Source of the DNA: Cenarchaeum sp. | GTDB taxonomy: Archaea; Thermoproteota; Nitrososphaeria; Nitrososphaerales; Nitrosopumilaceae | Assembly: GCA_965242695.1 (NCBI GenBank) | Contig: CBDESU010000002.1 | Coordinates: 1,408,001-1,472,000 of the forward strand | DNA: 64,000 nucleotides | Direction: 5' to 3' | Part shown: positions 28,301 to 37,961 of the stretch, in pieces | How positions within the stretch are numbered: position 1 is the stretch's first letter | Layout of the letters: the number at the start of each line of letters is the position of its first letter | Program-made: the position numbers and the translations under genes | Notes under the pieces: generated by a model | What the model was told of the DNA's origin: nothing | Database searches by the model: none | Seen by the model: only the letters and a program-made list of their open reading frames with translations

Positions 28301-30710
28301 CGAGGTCGGCTCGCCGGCCTCGCTTGGGGCCTCGAACAGCATGAGTATCGAGGCGATCGCGCCCGTCGTCCTGAGCGTTACCTCGCCCAACGCCAACGGA
28401 ACCTACACCGAGACGGGCACAAACATTACGATTACTGCCACCTTTGACGAGGCTGTATCGGTGACGGGAGAGCCTGCCCTTGAGCTGGGGATGGACGGCA
28501 TGAACCGCAACGCGTCGTACGCGAATGGCACCGAGACGCGCATGCTGTCGTTCGTTTACACCATAGCGCCTGGGGATCGGACGGACGACCTAGAGTATGC
28601 CGGCATGGGCGCCATGACCCTTCCCGACGGAGCGACCATCCGCGACGTGTACGGCAACAACGCCAACCTTATGTTGCCTGCATCGGGACCAAGCTCACTG
28701 GGCGGCTCGAAGGACATTGCAATCAGCACAGATATGACGGGGCCAAACGTCACGGCAGTCGCCTCGCCCGATGCCAATGCCACGTACGGGGCGGGGGCCA
28801 TGATCAACATTACGGTCACATTCGACGAAGATGTTGCAGTCGAAGGTACGCCCCTGCTGGAGCTGGAGACCGGCGCCACTGACCGGAACGCGACATTCGT
28901 TGCTGTCGACTCTGCCAGCATGATGTTCCGGTACATGGTGCAGCAAGGCGACATGTCTGACGACTTGGCGTACACGGGCACGGATGCGCTGGCCCTCAAC
29001 GGAGGCTCTGTGCGAGATGCCGACGGCAACGCCGCAAGCCTAGAGCTTCCGGCGCCCGGCACAACGGGGTCGCTCTCGGACTCTGGCGACATTAGGATCG
29101 ACACGAGTAGCGGCGGCGGCTCTGCCATGGATCGCACGCCGCCGACCGTCATGGGCGTCACCTCTCCCGATGCCGACGGCACGTACGGAACGGGCACAAT
29201 GATCAACATTACGGTCGCATTCAGCGAGAATGTCAATGTGGACGGCGCGCCACAGCTGGAGCTGGCGACGGGTGCCGCCAACCGCAGCGCCGTGTACGCG
29301 TCGGGGAGCGGCACGGCCATGCTGATGTTCAGCTATGCCGTCATGTCGGGCGACATGTCTGCCGACTTGGACTATACCGGCATGAATGCGCTGTCCCTCA
29401 ACGGCGGAACAATCATGGATGCGGCCGGCAACAATGCCAGCTTGGCCCTGCCGGCACCGGGTACGGCCGGCTCGCTGTCTGACTCTAGCAACATTGTGAT
29501 CGATACGGAAGTGGCTACAGGGATGACCAACTCGACGGTCGGCACGATGACGGCCACCATCGTCCCCGCCACGACGACGCCGTCCGGCACCGGTGGCGGC
29601 ACCGACACCGTGACGCCTCCGACCGTCGTGGCGGCGCAGCCGTCGTTCCCGTTCGGCACCGGCGGTGGAGGCGGTGGCGGAGGCGGTGGCGGCGGAACGC
29701 GCCTCGCACCGGGCGACGGCTCTGGATCGATCATCCTGTACGCGGCCGCATGGGACTGCAACGAGGGGACGATCCAGATTACGACAAACGCCGGAATACG
29801 CCCCGAGATTAGCGTCCTGTCGTCGGCCGGCACGATCACCGCAGGGATGACAGACGGCCCGCACCCGGCGGGCCGCGCCGTCTACGAGGCGTCGCTCCCA
29901 GAGGACTCTATACTGTCTATCAGGGCCACTGCCGTAGAGGGCCGTACCATGTCTACCGCATCCGAGACGGTCCGTACAAACGGGCAGTGCACCGGCGAGA
30001 CCGTATTCAGGGCGTACGGGGCGCCGACCGCCGCGCCGGGTGTTGCAGACCGCGACCAGCCTGCCGAGGATGGGACGGCCGCAGAGCGGCCAGACATGCC
30101 GGCGGCCGACCGCGACCAGCCTGCCGAGGATGGGACGGCCGCAGAGCGGCCAGACATGCCGGCGGCCGACCGCGAGCAGATCGAGATACCTCCGCCGCCG
30201 CCAGATCCCGACGAGATGAGGCAGGATGCGCCGGATGCCGACGAGCGGGCGCCGGCCACCGATGCGACGACGACTGCCGAGTCCGAGACGACTCCAGCCG
30301 CCGACGAGGATGGCGGCTGCCTGATCGCGACGGCCGCGTACGGAACCGAGATTGCCCCGCAGGTGCAGCACCTCCGCGAGGTTCGCGACAGCACGCTCTT
30401 GACGACAGAGTCTGGCAGGGCGTTCATGGCCGCGTTTGGCACCGCGTACTATGCATTCTCGCCGCACGTGGCAGACCTGGAGCGCGAGCACCCCGCGTTC
30501 AGGCAGGCCGTCGCGGCCCTGGTCGCGCCGATGCTCCTCGCACTGCAGGTCGTCGATTCGGCAGAGCCCGGGTCGGAGCACAGCGTCGTCGCGTACGGCG
30601 CCTTGGCGATATCGCTGGTGGCGGGAATGTACGTTGCGGCGCCGGCCGCCGGCGCGTGGTATGCCGTCCGCGTCTGGCGAGGCCGCCCTGCCGGCGCCCC
30701 TGCCTCCTAG
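25320..30710 (+). CDS. Large surface protein (1796 aa): duplicated beta-propeller (LVIVD-like blades), four Ig-like modules, CFI-box-CTERM anchor
   Basis: TTATAT ~29 nt upstream; signal-like segment; YA.VAA...DG.QLI blades; repeated V.SP.A.GTY...ITV.F.E.V.V.G.P.LEL modules; C-terminus nearly identical to that of the 14860 gene. Confidence 0.9.
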   Translation: MNCEPSRICDVASPPSVTCMHGAKSRAPVAPAAMATGTASRSRTWGRPAVALSAFAVLAIAVSAAALVPLAYHGGESMPYALAADIFGDAVSVLSSTPVQGPAALQLPAAHAEHMTPSSPDVLSMVAGAAAIEGQGAHAGLANASDVDVVVADGRTYAVASAYDAGKVSLIRIYDDGTMAAADSLSEATDSTLVLSEASGLEAFNVGDKAYAIVAARTDHGVQLIRIDGENGTLVPVDNAVNGTTTADSKTFDTLSGAVDVDVVSVNSTHTYALVAAATDDGIQVIRIVNETLVPVHSVRDGDANLDRLNIEYGVIDAFRMDSAFYAIVAADGENGVNLVRILENGTLRGVDSAVDGVGGYDNLGKVAGVSAFTAPNGTMFAITSSDTGPADDIQLIRINATGMTPVNSARIGFELMEQSYDIKAFAVGDDRYAAVATYNRGAVQLIQIHTNGTLEQVDIARDDPNEGYYLGGVYGINQFELGGSTYVITASDGDDAIQLILVKNRTLTAGAAAIEGQGAHAGLVDASDVDVVVADGRTYAVASAYDAGKVSLIRIYDDGTMAAADSLSEATDSTLVLSEASGLEAFNVGDKAYAIVAARTDHGVQLIRIDGENGTLVPVDNAVNGTTTADSKTFDTLSGAVDVDVVSVNSTHTYALVAAATDDGIQVIRIVNETLVPVHSVRDGDANLDRLNIEYGVIDAFRMDSAFYAIVAADGENGVNLVRILENGTLRGVDSAVDGVGGYDNLDKVAGVSAFTAPNGTMFAITSSDTGPADDIQLIRINATGMTPVNSARIGFELMERSFDIKAFAVGDDRYAAVATYDRDAVQLIQIHTNGTLEQVDIARDDSNEGYYLAAVYGINQFELGGSTYVITASDNSDAVQLIRMNSPSLKVTHVRSDDADATYEAGRNIDIAIHFTYPVNVAGQLELKLNSGGNASYMGGTGTDKLTFRYTVGTGESAENLDYTGTDALSGTGTIVGATGSNAGRQADLTLPEVGSPASLGASNSMSIEAIAPVVLSVTSPNANGTYTETGTNITITATFDEAVSVTGEPALELGMDGMNRNASYANGTETRMLSFVYTIAPGDRTDDLEYAGMGAMTLPDGATIRDVYGNNANLMLPASGPSSLGGSKDIAISTDMTGPNVTAVASPDANATYGAGAMINITVTFDEDVAVEGTPLLELETGATDRNATFVAVDSASMMFRYMVQQGDMSDDLAYTGTDALALNGGSVRDADGNAASLELPAPGTTGSLSDSGDIRIDTSSGGGSAMDRTPPTVMGVTSPDADGTYGTGTMINITVAFSENVNVDGAPQLELATGAANRSAVYASGSGTAMLMFSYAVMSGDMSADLDYTGMNALSLNGGTIMDAAGNNASLALPAPGTAGSLSDSSNIVIDTEVATGMTNSTVGTMTATIVPATTTPSGTGGGTDTVTPPTVVAAQPSFPFGTGGGGGGGGGGGGTRLAPGDGSGSIILYAAAWDCNEGTIQITTNAGIRPEISVLSSAGTITAGMTDGPHPAGRAVYEASLPEDSILSIRATAVEGRTMSTASETVRTNGQCTGETVFRAYGAPTAAPGVADRDQPAEDGTAAERPDMPAADRDQPAEDGTAAERPDMPAADREQIEIPPPPPDPDEMRQDAPDADERAPATDATTTAESETTPAADEDGGCLIATAAYGTEIAPQVQHLREVRDSTLLTTESGRAFMAAFGTAYYAFSPHVADLEREHPAFRQAVAALVAPMLLALQVVDSAEPGSEHSVVAYGALAISLVAGMYVAAPAAGAWYAVRVWRGRPAGAPAS
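25698..27965 (+). repeat. Near-exact intragenic tandem duplication, period 1149 bp (383 aa)
   Basis: gctggcgctgccgccattgaagg at 25698 and 26847; identical shadow ORFs at 25930 and 27079. Confidence 0.95.
30048..30175 (+). repeat. 60-bp tandem repeat x2 in linker (DRDQPAEDGTAAERPDMPAA)
   Basis: Exact duplication visible in DNA and protein. Confidence 0.9.
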
Positions 30711-32080
30711 CAAGGTTGCCCCCCCTCGCTAGGGGCCGTCGGCCGTTGCCGCGTACAGGATGCAGCGATCCTTGGCTGTCGGGCGCAGGCGCCCGACACC
30801 ACTGGGCCTGGATATCCTCGCCGGGCCTGGCCAGCTTGCGCCTGCACGCCTGCGCCGGCGTCCCGTGCATGGGCGCGTCGCGGGCCATGCTGGTCTGCCC
30901 GGAGTTCGGCCGGTGGAAGGGCGGGCCGTCGGCGTCGCGCGGGTGCGGCGGGCGCACTTGCAGGCGGCGCGGCATGCCGTGCGGCCGGCCGGCCGCATCG
31001 GGGGCAAGGCGGCGCGGCGCGGCCGCCGACATGGCGCGCGCCCTCTTGGACATTGCCGATCTCGCGCGCGATCCCGATGACCCTGCGGGGGATGTCTCGG
31101 AAGAATTGGCACACGTCGCCACGCGCCGCATGTTGAATTTCCTCGAGGACGGCGCCGCCCTCTTGGAACGCTGTCCCGCACAGACGGAGCGCGAGCGGGC
31201 CGCGTTTCTGATAGGCCGCCTGGCGGGCCGCCGTGCCGCCTTGGGCGGACGGGCCTGCCGCGCGGACCGCCGGATCTTGCCCCGGCTTCCGCCCCCGCCG
31301 GCGGCGCAGAGTCGGGAACACTCTTGGAGGCGCGAGCGCGGCTCCCTTACGGCGGCAACACAGTGGCGCCTGGCGCGTCCGCTTTGCGCGGCACCGCGGC
31401 CAGTGCTTCGAAGCCTGCCGCCGTGCACCTTGCAGCCCCAAGCGCGCCGGAAGGCGCCGGCAGGCGCATTCCCGTCATGGCTGCGCGGGCGACAAACCTC
31501 ACTGTCCTGTGCACAAGGCAGCGCCCCTTCCTGCGGGGGGGCAGGCTCCTGCCGCTCGGCGCCGCCGGGGACATTGTCCACTACTTGGGCGGCGCGAGGC
31601 GGGGCTCGCGCGGCTGCGCGGCCGGCGCGGCGGGGCCTGCAGGCTGCGCCGGGGAGGCGGAGATTGCGCGGGTGCGCCCCTGCATGGGAGCAGCAGGGGC
31701 GTGCGCCTGTCGTAGCCGCTCCTGCTGCAGGCCTTCCTCCTAGCGCACGCCATTGCGCCATGCGGCAATGCCGGCCCGCCGCACTGCGCGGCCGCACACC
31801 GCTAGGCCCGGGTTGGGCGACCCTGCCGGCGCACGCCCCGCTCCCGCCGCAGGAGAGGCGGCCGGCGCGGCGCCGCCCGCGCAGGGAACCGCAGTGCGGG
31901 GGCCGCCTGCCCGCCTGCTTGCCCGGGATCGAGTCCCGGCCTCTGGGGGCGCGATCCGACGGGCCTCCGGCCGCCGGATGCGAGGAAGCTGGCAATTCAG
32001 TCCACTTGTACACAATGCCTGCGCAGGCCTGTTGAATGAGACAGGTCGGCACCGGGAAGGGGGGCGGGACGAGCGGCGGC

Positions 32081-32464
32081 ATGAGCGCTGCCGAGGCCCT
32101 CCGCTTCTATCGCGAGTTCAAGAAGCTCAAGGAGGAGGCCGGGCTGCCCTCCTACGACCCGAAGGACAGGGATGCCATCCGCAGGGGGTTTTTCGGGGAT
32201 GGCTACGGCACGTCTCTGAAGGACATTGAAAGGTCGAGGAAAGCGCGCCCGCCGGGCCGGCCAAGGCGCCGCCGATGCGGCCATGTGTGGGGCTCGGGAC
32301 ATGCTAGGGCGCGTTCGGGACAGGCGGAGGCGGATGTTGCTGGCCGTCATCAACGCCCATGCCATAGCACCGAGCGGCGGGCCCGCCGCCGGCCCGCGCA
32401 TCCTGATAGCCGCCGCCTGACCACCGCCGCACGCGGCCTATCGGGCGCCAGCGGGACAATGTGA
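32081..32464 (+). CDS. Small hypothetical protein or remnant
   Basis: MSAAEALRFYREFKKLKEEAGLPSYDPKDRDAIRRGFFG reads as real protein; the 3' part looks frameshifted. Confidence 0.35.
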   Translation: MSAAEALRFYREFKKLKEEAGLPSYDPKDRDAIRRGFFGDGYGTSLKDIERSRKARPPGRPRRRRCGHVWGSGHARARSGQAEADVAGRHQRPCHSTERRARRRPAHPDSRRLTTAARGLSGASGTM

Positions 32465-32683
32465 ACCCGTGCCAGGATATCGGCCGGTCTGCCGCCTCGC
32501 GCGCCCCTCCCTGCGCCGATCCGTGACCTTGACGACCTACACGGCACTGTGCGGCGGCGATCGCGCCGCCGCCGGCTGCGCGGGCCGCGGCTGCGCGGAT
32601 ACAGGCGTCGCGGCGGGCCGTCATATCCAACAACGCCTTTGGTCCTCATTGGCAGCTGGATCTAGGCGCCAAGCCGCTAGGCT

Positions 32684-34006
32684 GTGGCACAAAGCAGATT
32701 TGCGACCAATGTACTTGGAATCGGGCGGCATCTACAGTTATGTGGGATAACTGGAGGCATATGCAAGCAAACAGCAAATTTGTCGCCAAGTACGGCATCA
32801 ACTGAGAAAAAATTTGACGCGCAGGGATCTTTTCAAGCCATATCTTTTTTAGTATGGCATATACGGTGCGTCTTGTTGGCTAGCGACTTGGCTGTGCAGT
32901 TGGAAGGTGTGCGAGCCGCCCTCCGCGACAAGAACACGGTATGCTTTCTGGGCAAGGCGCAGTCGGGAAAAACCGTGTCATCGACACTGTTGAAGCATGC
33001 CATTATTAACCACTTCATCCCTGGCCGCATGCATGACTACCAAGCTATAGTGTCCCAAGGCATGGACACCATAAACAGGCACTTGGTTGACATGATCATA
33101 GAAGGACAGTTTCCGACATCTGCGCTTCCCGTCTCTGGCCCGAGGGTTGTCCTTGACGTCTACAAGATGTCGGGTCCTGGGGCAGGAAAATTCGAGATTA
33201 TTCTCCAAGACTCGTCATGCGAGAATTTTTTCGAATGCCTGGTGAAAGAATGCCCCGACCCCGCCGGCCGCCTTCGCGAGATGCTCGAGCCTTCGGGATC
33301 GGGCCATGTGGGACCGCTCGCATGCTATATCTTTGCCAAGTTGTACATCCTTGCAATCGACTGCTCCGCCGTCGCCACGCTGGAGCAGCAGCAGTCTTCA
33401 CTGGCAAATGCCATCACCACGCTGCACAGGCTGCATACCGCCGCAAGCTTGACGCGCAACAATAAGGTCGTAAGCCCAATCGCGATCTTGTTCACCAAGG
33501 CCGATCTTTTAAGCGGGGATGACTCGTCCTACACGGCGACAGAGCTGCTTGAGCGCATGCCCGAGCTAAAGTCTGCCTTGGACGTGCTGCACGAGGGGAC
33601 GCTGGACTGCTTCAAGGTGTCCATCTCTACACAAGAAGAGTCGGAGGATGATCGCAGCAAACGGGTCGCGCGCGCAAAGCAGCGGCATGAAAGAGAATAT
33701 ACCGGGGCGGTCGTGAAGCGCCGAAGTGCCGACGAGGCAAACTCCGCCATGTGCGCCCAAGAGCGTTCAAGAGCAGAGGCCGAGATTGGCGGGGCTGATC
33801 TTGAGGCCCACATGCGGCAGCACGGCGAGAAACAGCGCAGGCGGATAGATTCAGAGCTGCCACTTCCTGCCAAGTTTGACTATGATGCTGCTAGAAATGC
33901 GCAGACGCGCCGGCCGGAACTCCCGCTTGCCTATACGCACGACGAGTATGTGCGGCTTATCATGTGGATTATTTCACAGATGGTCGGTTCGGCATGGCTC
34001 GCGTAG
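32684..34006 (+). CDS. TRAFAC-class P-loop GTPase-domain protein with C-terminal coiled coil
   Basis: G1 FLGKAQSGKT, G2-like FPTS, G3-like LQDSSCE, G4 LFTKAD; lower GC than surroundings. True start is probably TTG ~32873-32876. Confidence 0.75.
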   Translation: MAQSRFATNVLGIGRHLQLCGITGGICKQTANLSPSTASTEKKFDAQGSFQAISFLVWHIRCVLLASDLAVQLEGVRAALRDKNTVCFLGKAQSGKTVSSTLLKHAIINHFIPGRMHDYQAIVSQGMDTINRHLVDMIIEGQFPTSALPVSGPRVVLDVYKMSGPGAGKFEIILQDSSCENFFECLVKECPDPAGRLREMLEPSGSGHVGPLACYIFAKLYILAIDCSAVATLEQQQSSLANAITTLHRLHTAASLTRNNKVVSPIAILFTKADLLSGDDSSYTATELLERMPELKSALDVLHEGTLDCFKVSISTQEESEDDRSKRVARAKQRHEREYTGAVVKRRSADEANSAMCAQERSRAEAEIGGADLEAHMRQHGEKQRRRIDSELPLPAKFDYDAARNAQTRRPELPLAYTHDEYVRLIMWIISQMVGSAWLA

Positions 34007-34128
34007 AGAGGCTAGTGTACACGACAGGCTCTTTCGGCGGACCGCAGGGGTGCCACGTGAAGGCAAAAAGTCCGGGCATCTCTGCCAAAACAGTCTCGGA
34101 CTCGGATCCCTACACGCTGCCTCAGGCA

Positions 34129-35682
34129 GGTTCTGTCTAATATTCGAGACTTGGTCGCTTTCTTAATTGTTCCTGCCCGCGCTTGATCAATAGCGGAACC
34201 TGGGCACCACTTGAAATCCGGCCTGCCGCGGCAGGCCTCTCCTGCTCGTCTTCTTTCGACGGCGAGCCTCCACATCGCAGTTGTGGTCGGCAGAGCATGC
34301 GATTATGGCGCGCCACTTGTCGGCATCCTCAAAGATCACCCCCGCCGCCTCCGACGGCGTCTTTTTCAGTTCCGTGTGAGTCCTTGCGAAGTTGTAGTGT
34401 ATCTGGCGCATTGCCACGTACGTCGTGTATGGGGTCTTGATTCCCCCGCACGTCCCGACAAGCTCCCTCATCGTGCCGTTGTGCCTCTCCTTTACGTTGG
34501 TGTTCATGTCGCCGTCCGCGTGGATGTGGCGTATGTGGAACGACATCGTGCCGCTGCCGTTGCGCCGCATCACTGCGTTGTGGGCGGACGCAAAGTTTTG
34601 GGCGCCGTCCGTCCTTACAAGCGCGGGCACGGGTCCCCTGACGGCCATGTCCATCTTGTAGAGGCCCTGGACGCTGTGGGATCCCTTGCGCCGCCCGATC
34701 TGCGCCCCCGTCCAGAAGCGGGTCCCCTCGTCCTAGGCCGAGAAGATCACGTGCCTGACCCCGTTGATGCGCACGATCATCTCGTCGGCGGCCATGACGG
34801 GGGACAGGCAGTAGCAGAGCGACATGGGTACGGGCTGACAAGGCGCGGGAACTTTACGTACCGCACGTGGATGGTCGATCGGGCCGGTTCAGGGTGCTTT
34901 TTACGCAGTGAATCGAGTATGTTGTGGGTGGTCTTGCCCCCGCAGCGGTCCTCGATCGCCACTATGACCAAGTCCCCTCGGTAGGTCATGAACAGGAACC
35001 CGCCGTCGTGCGTAAAGCGCCTGCCGCACTTTTTGTTGCGGCACCGGCAGACCTGCACTTCGCCGTGCTTGTTCCTCCTCATGTACGAGGTGCCAGACAC
35101 CTCCTTTCTGCAGAACCGGCACCTGACGGGCGGCGTCTTGATGGCGCGCGGGCGCCTTCGGGGCCCGCCGCGGCGCCGCGGGCCGCCGCGGCGCCGCGGC
35201 CGCGGCGGGGGCGACGCATCGAAGACCCTCTTCATCGCGGCGGTGTGCTTGCACGCCCTGCTCGTATGCGCGAACGCCTTGCAGCTGCAGCACCACCTGC
35301 CGAGCACGTGCGCGATTCTGTGCCACAGGGTGTACTTGGACTGGGACCGCGCCTCGTATTCGTACTCGCCCGCCTTCTTCACGGCAATTTCGCCGCGCTT
35401 CTACCTGTGGATCAGAACCGTTTCACACATTGTGCCGCCGACGGTCAGGGGGGTAATTTCAGTATTAAGGCCCGGCACATGGGTTTGGGCAAATTTGGAC
35501 AAACTAATGCAAAAAACTCGATGTGGGCAAACAGATAAAATTTAGAAATTGGTTGAGTCCTCTGCATTTCACAAAACTAGGTTCAACGTCCAATCGCAAA
35601 TGCTCACTAACACACGTGCATGATCCGCACGACCGTGTACTCAATTAAGGATCCGACCAAGTCTCGAATATTAGACAGAACC
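34129..35682 (-). mobile_element. IS6-family insertion sequence (1554 bp)
   Basis: Perfect 29-bp terminal inverted repeats GGTTCTGTCTAATATTCGAGACTTGGTCG, with the IS6/IS257-type GGTTCTGT end. No flanking TSD (CTCAGGCA vs GACGGGAG). Confidence 0.88.
34187..35382 (-). pseudogene. DDE transposase with N-terminal SWIM and Zn-ribbon, disrupted
   Basis: CSCK...ACKH (SWIM), CRFC..CRNKKC, ADE, RTDG, NVKERHNGTMRE, IHYNF.RTH..L.KTP. Split across frames with a stop near 34734. Confidence 0.8.
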
Positions 35683-35925
35683 GACGGGAGATGCGGAGCG
35701 TCCGCGCGCATCCTGTCGCAGCCCGCCCGTGCGCCCGGGCGGCATCGCCCGCGCCGCCCCGCTCCCGGCTTTGGCCGCGCGCCGCCGAACATCCTGCGGG
35801 GCCTGCAGCCGTCCGCTTGTGCACGGACAGAATGCTTCCACCCCCATCTAGGGGTTCCGATCTCGCGCCCGACCATCATTTCCACTCCAACAAATGCCTA
35901 AATACTACGGCTTGGGGGTTCTCCC

Positions 35926-36297
35926 ATGAAGCAGGCGTTGTCCTTGGCGGAGACGCGCAGGCGCAACAAGCTCCGCAGGCACCAAGAGTGGAGGGCCAAG
36001 CGCCAGGACATAATGGTCGTGTTCACCGGCACCGTCTCGTCCGAGGTGAGGTCCGCGGTCAAGCGCGTGGCGGGGAGCGCGCCCAAGTTCGGCATCGCCG
36101 TGCGAGGCAGGCCCGAGCGCCGCGAGGACCTGCCGTCGAGCCACCCGCCGATAGAGGGCCTAGAGCACACCAACCCGACCATCATAACCATCATACTCGA
36201 CGGCTCGATGTCGCAGGTAGTCGACCTGCTCAGGTCCCACATGCCCATGGACATGGCCGTCGTCCCGATACCGAGCGAGAGGGCCAATGTCTGGTAG
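35926..36297 (+). CDS. Small cyclase-associated protein, copy 1 (basic N-terminus + ferredoxin/ACT-like pattern)
   Basis: CTAAATA box at ~35898; 123 aa; 11-nt overlap with the cyclase start; present in three copies. Confidence 0.75.
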   Translation: MKQALSLAETRRRNKLRRHQEWRAKRQDIMVVFTGTVSSEVRSAVKRVAGSAPKFGIAVRGRPERREDLPSSHPPIEGLEHTNPTIITIILDGSMSQVVDLLRSHMPMDMAVVPIPSERANVW

Positions 36298-36718
36298 GGG
36301 CCGCGGATCACGCGCAGATACAGGCGACTACAAGAGGGAGCTAGAGAGGGCGGAGCGCAGGGCCAGGCGGGATGACCTGAAGCCTAGGGTTGGCACGATC
36401 GCGTTTTTCGACCTTCCTGGATCCACAAGGGTGATGAAGGATCCGCACGCGGCCGTGCCGCGCATGATCCTCCACAACTCCATGTGCGCCGCGATCATAC
36501 GGCTAAACAAGGGCATAATCGTCAAGGAGCTTGGCGACGGGCTCGTGGTGAGGTTCGCCAACGCCGGGGATGCCGTCGTCTGCGGCAGATCGATCAGAGG
36601 CCTTCGCATGCCCGGCGACTGCCTCGTATGCCTGCCCCGGGCGGGCGATCGCAGGGGGTGCACGGCAGGCGGCGGCTCGATGCGACTGGTCAGGCGCCGC
36701 CTCTCCGGACGCGGCTGA
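36287..36718 (+). pseudogene. Class III nucleotidyl cyclase, copy 1, 3'-truncated
   Basis: AFFDLPGST and VKELGDG are present; similarity to copy 2 ends at GDAVVC (~36583). Confidence 0.8.
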
Positions 36719-37000
36719 TCGTCCGCCACCGCCGCGCCCATTCTCGACGGCGGGCCGCCCGTCGCATCTGTAGGCCTGCGGGCGTCTGTCCCCCTATGCC
36801 TCGGTCGACGCGCAAGGCGCCCTGCCCTGCCGTACGCCTGCACGGGCGGGGGCGCGGCGCGCCCTGTCCCGCCCGTTGCGGGCCGCACTCTCCTGCTGCC
36901 GCCGAGGGTCCGTGTGATGGGTTGGGCGCCCCTGCATTCCTGTCTCCGACCGTCATTTCCACTAGCAAATCCTTATATGCAACGACTTGGGAGTTGGCCC

Positions 37001-37372
37001 GTGAAGCAGGCAACCTCGACGATACCCTACCGCAAGGGCACTAGGGCCTACAAGCACCACGTGTGGAGGCACAAGCACCAGGACGTAATGGTCGTGTTCA
37101 CCGGCACCGTCTCGTCCGAGGTGAGGTCCGCGGCCAAGCGCGTGGCGGGGAACGCGACCAAGTTCGGCGTCGCCGTGCGCGGCAGGCCCGAGCGCCGCGA
37201 CGACCTGCCTCCTGGCCACCCGCCGATAGAGGGACTAGAGCACACCAACCCGACCATTATAACCGTCATGATGGAAGGCTCTATGTCTCAGGTCGTCGGT
37301 CTGCTAAAGTCCGACATGCCCAAGGACATGGTCGTCGTGCCGATACCGAGAGAGAGGTGCAATGTCTGGTAG
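37001..37372 (+). CDS. Small cyclase-associated protein, copy 2
   Basis: TTATAT at 36973, GTG 37001; 123 aa; N-terminal ~25 aa diverged from copies 1 and 3. Confidence 0.75.
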   Translation: MKQATSTIPYRKGTRAYKHHVWRHKHQDVMVVFTGTVSSEVRSAAKRVAGNATKFGVAVRGRPERRDDLPPGHPPIEGLEHTNPTIITVMMEGSMSQVVGLLKSDMPKDMVVVPIPRERCNVW

Positions 37373-37961
37373 GGGCCGCGGATCCCGCGCAGATACAGGC
37401 GACTACAAGAGGGATCTTGAAAGGGCGGCGCGCAGGGCCAGGCGGGACGACCTGAAGCCCAAGGTTGGCGCGATCGCGTTTTTCGACCTTCCTGGATCCA
37501 CAAGGGTGATGAAGAAGGACCCGCACATGGCGGTGCCGCGCATGATCCTCCACAACTCCCTGTGCGGCGCGATCATACGGCTGAACGAGGGCACGATCGT
37601 AAAGGAGCTCGGCGACGGGCTCATGGTGAGGTTCGCCAACGCCGGGGACGCCGTCGTCTGCGCCGTCAGGGTGATCAGGAACCTTCGGGATCACGGCGGC
37701 GGCGTGTGCACAAAGGTGACCGTCGCGTTCGGGACGATCTGGGACGTCAGGAACTCGTCGGGCGAGCCCGACGTGTACGGGACGCCCGTCCACGTTAGCT
37801 CGCGGATGGAGAGGCATGCAGTCGAGAACACCATCGTGATAGACGCAAAGGACAAAGAGTCGATCGTCGAGTGGTTTGAGCAGACGGAGTTCAAGATAAG
37901 GGTTCTGAGAGGAAAGCTAAAGGACTATCCAGACAGAAAGATCTACAGGATTCTGGTCTGA
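37362..37961 (+). CDS. Stand-alone class III adenylate/guanylate cyclase-domain protein, copy 2 (intact)
   Basis: AFFDLPGST (first metal Asp), VKELGDG (Lys + second Asp), DVYGTPVHVSSRME (G..VN.ASR motif with N>H), LKDY. Confidence 0.88.
   Translation: MSGRGRGSRADTGDYKRDLERAARRARRDDLKPKVGAIAFFDLPGSTRVMKKDPHMAVPRMILHNSLCGAIIRLNEGTIVKELGDGLMVRFANAGDAVVCAVRVIRNLRDHGGGVCTKVTVAFGTIWDVRNSSGEPDVYGTPVHVSSRMERHAVENTIVIDAKDKESIVEWFEQTEFKIRVLRGKLKDYPDRKIYRILV

Noticed and set aside
31031-31330. Protein-like stretch MARALLDIADLARDPDDP...
   Set aside because: No clear promoter, stop or family; probably a pseudogene fragment, not supportable as a feature.
32685-32788. Possible second MITE upstream of the GTPase gene
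   Set aside because: Inverted ends align only with gaps and there is no convincing TSD.
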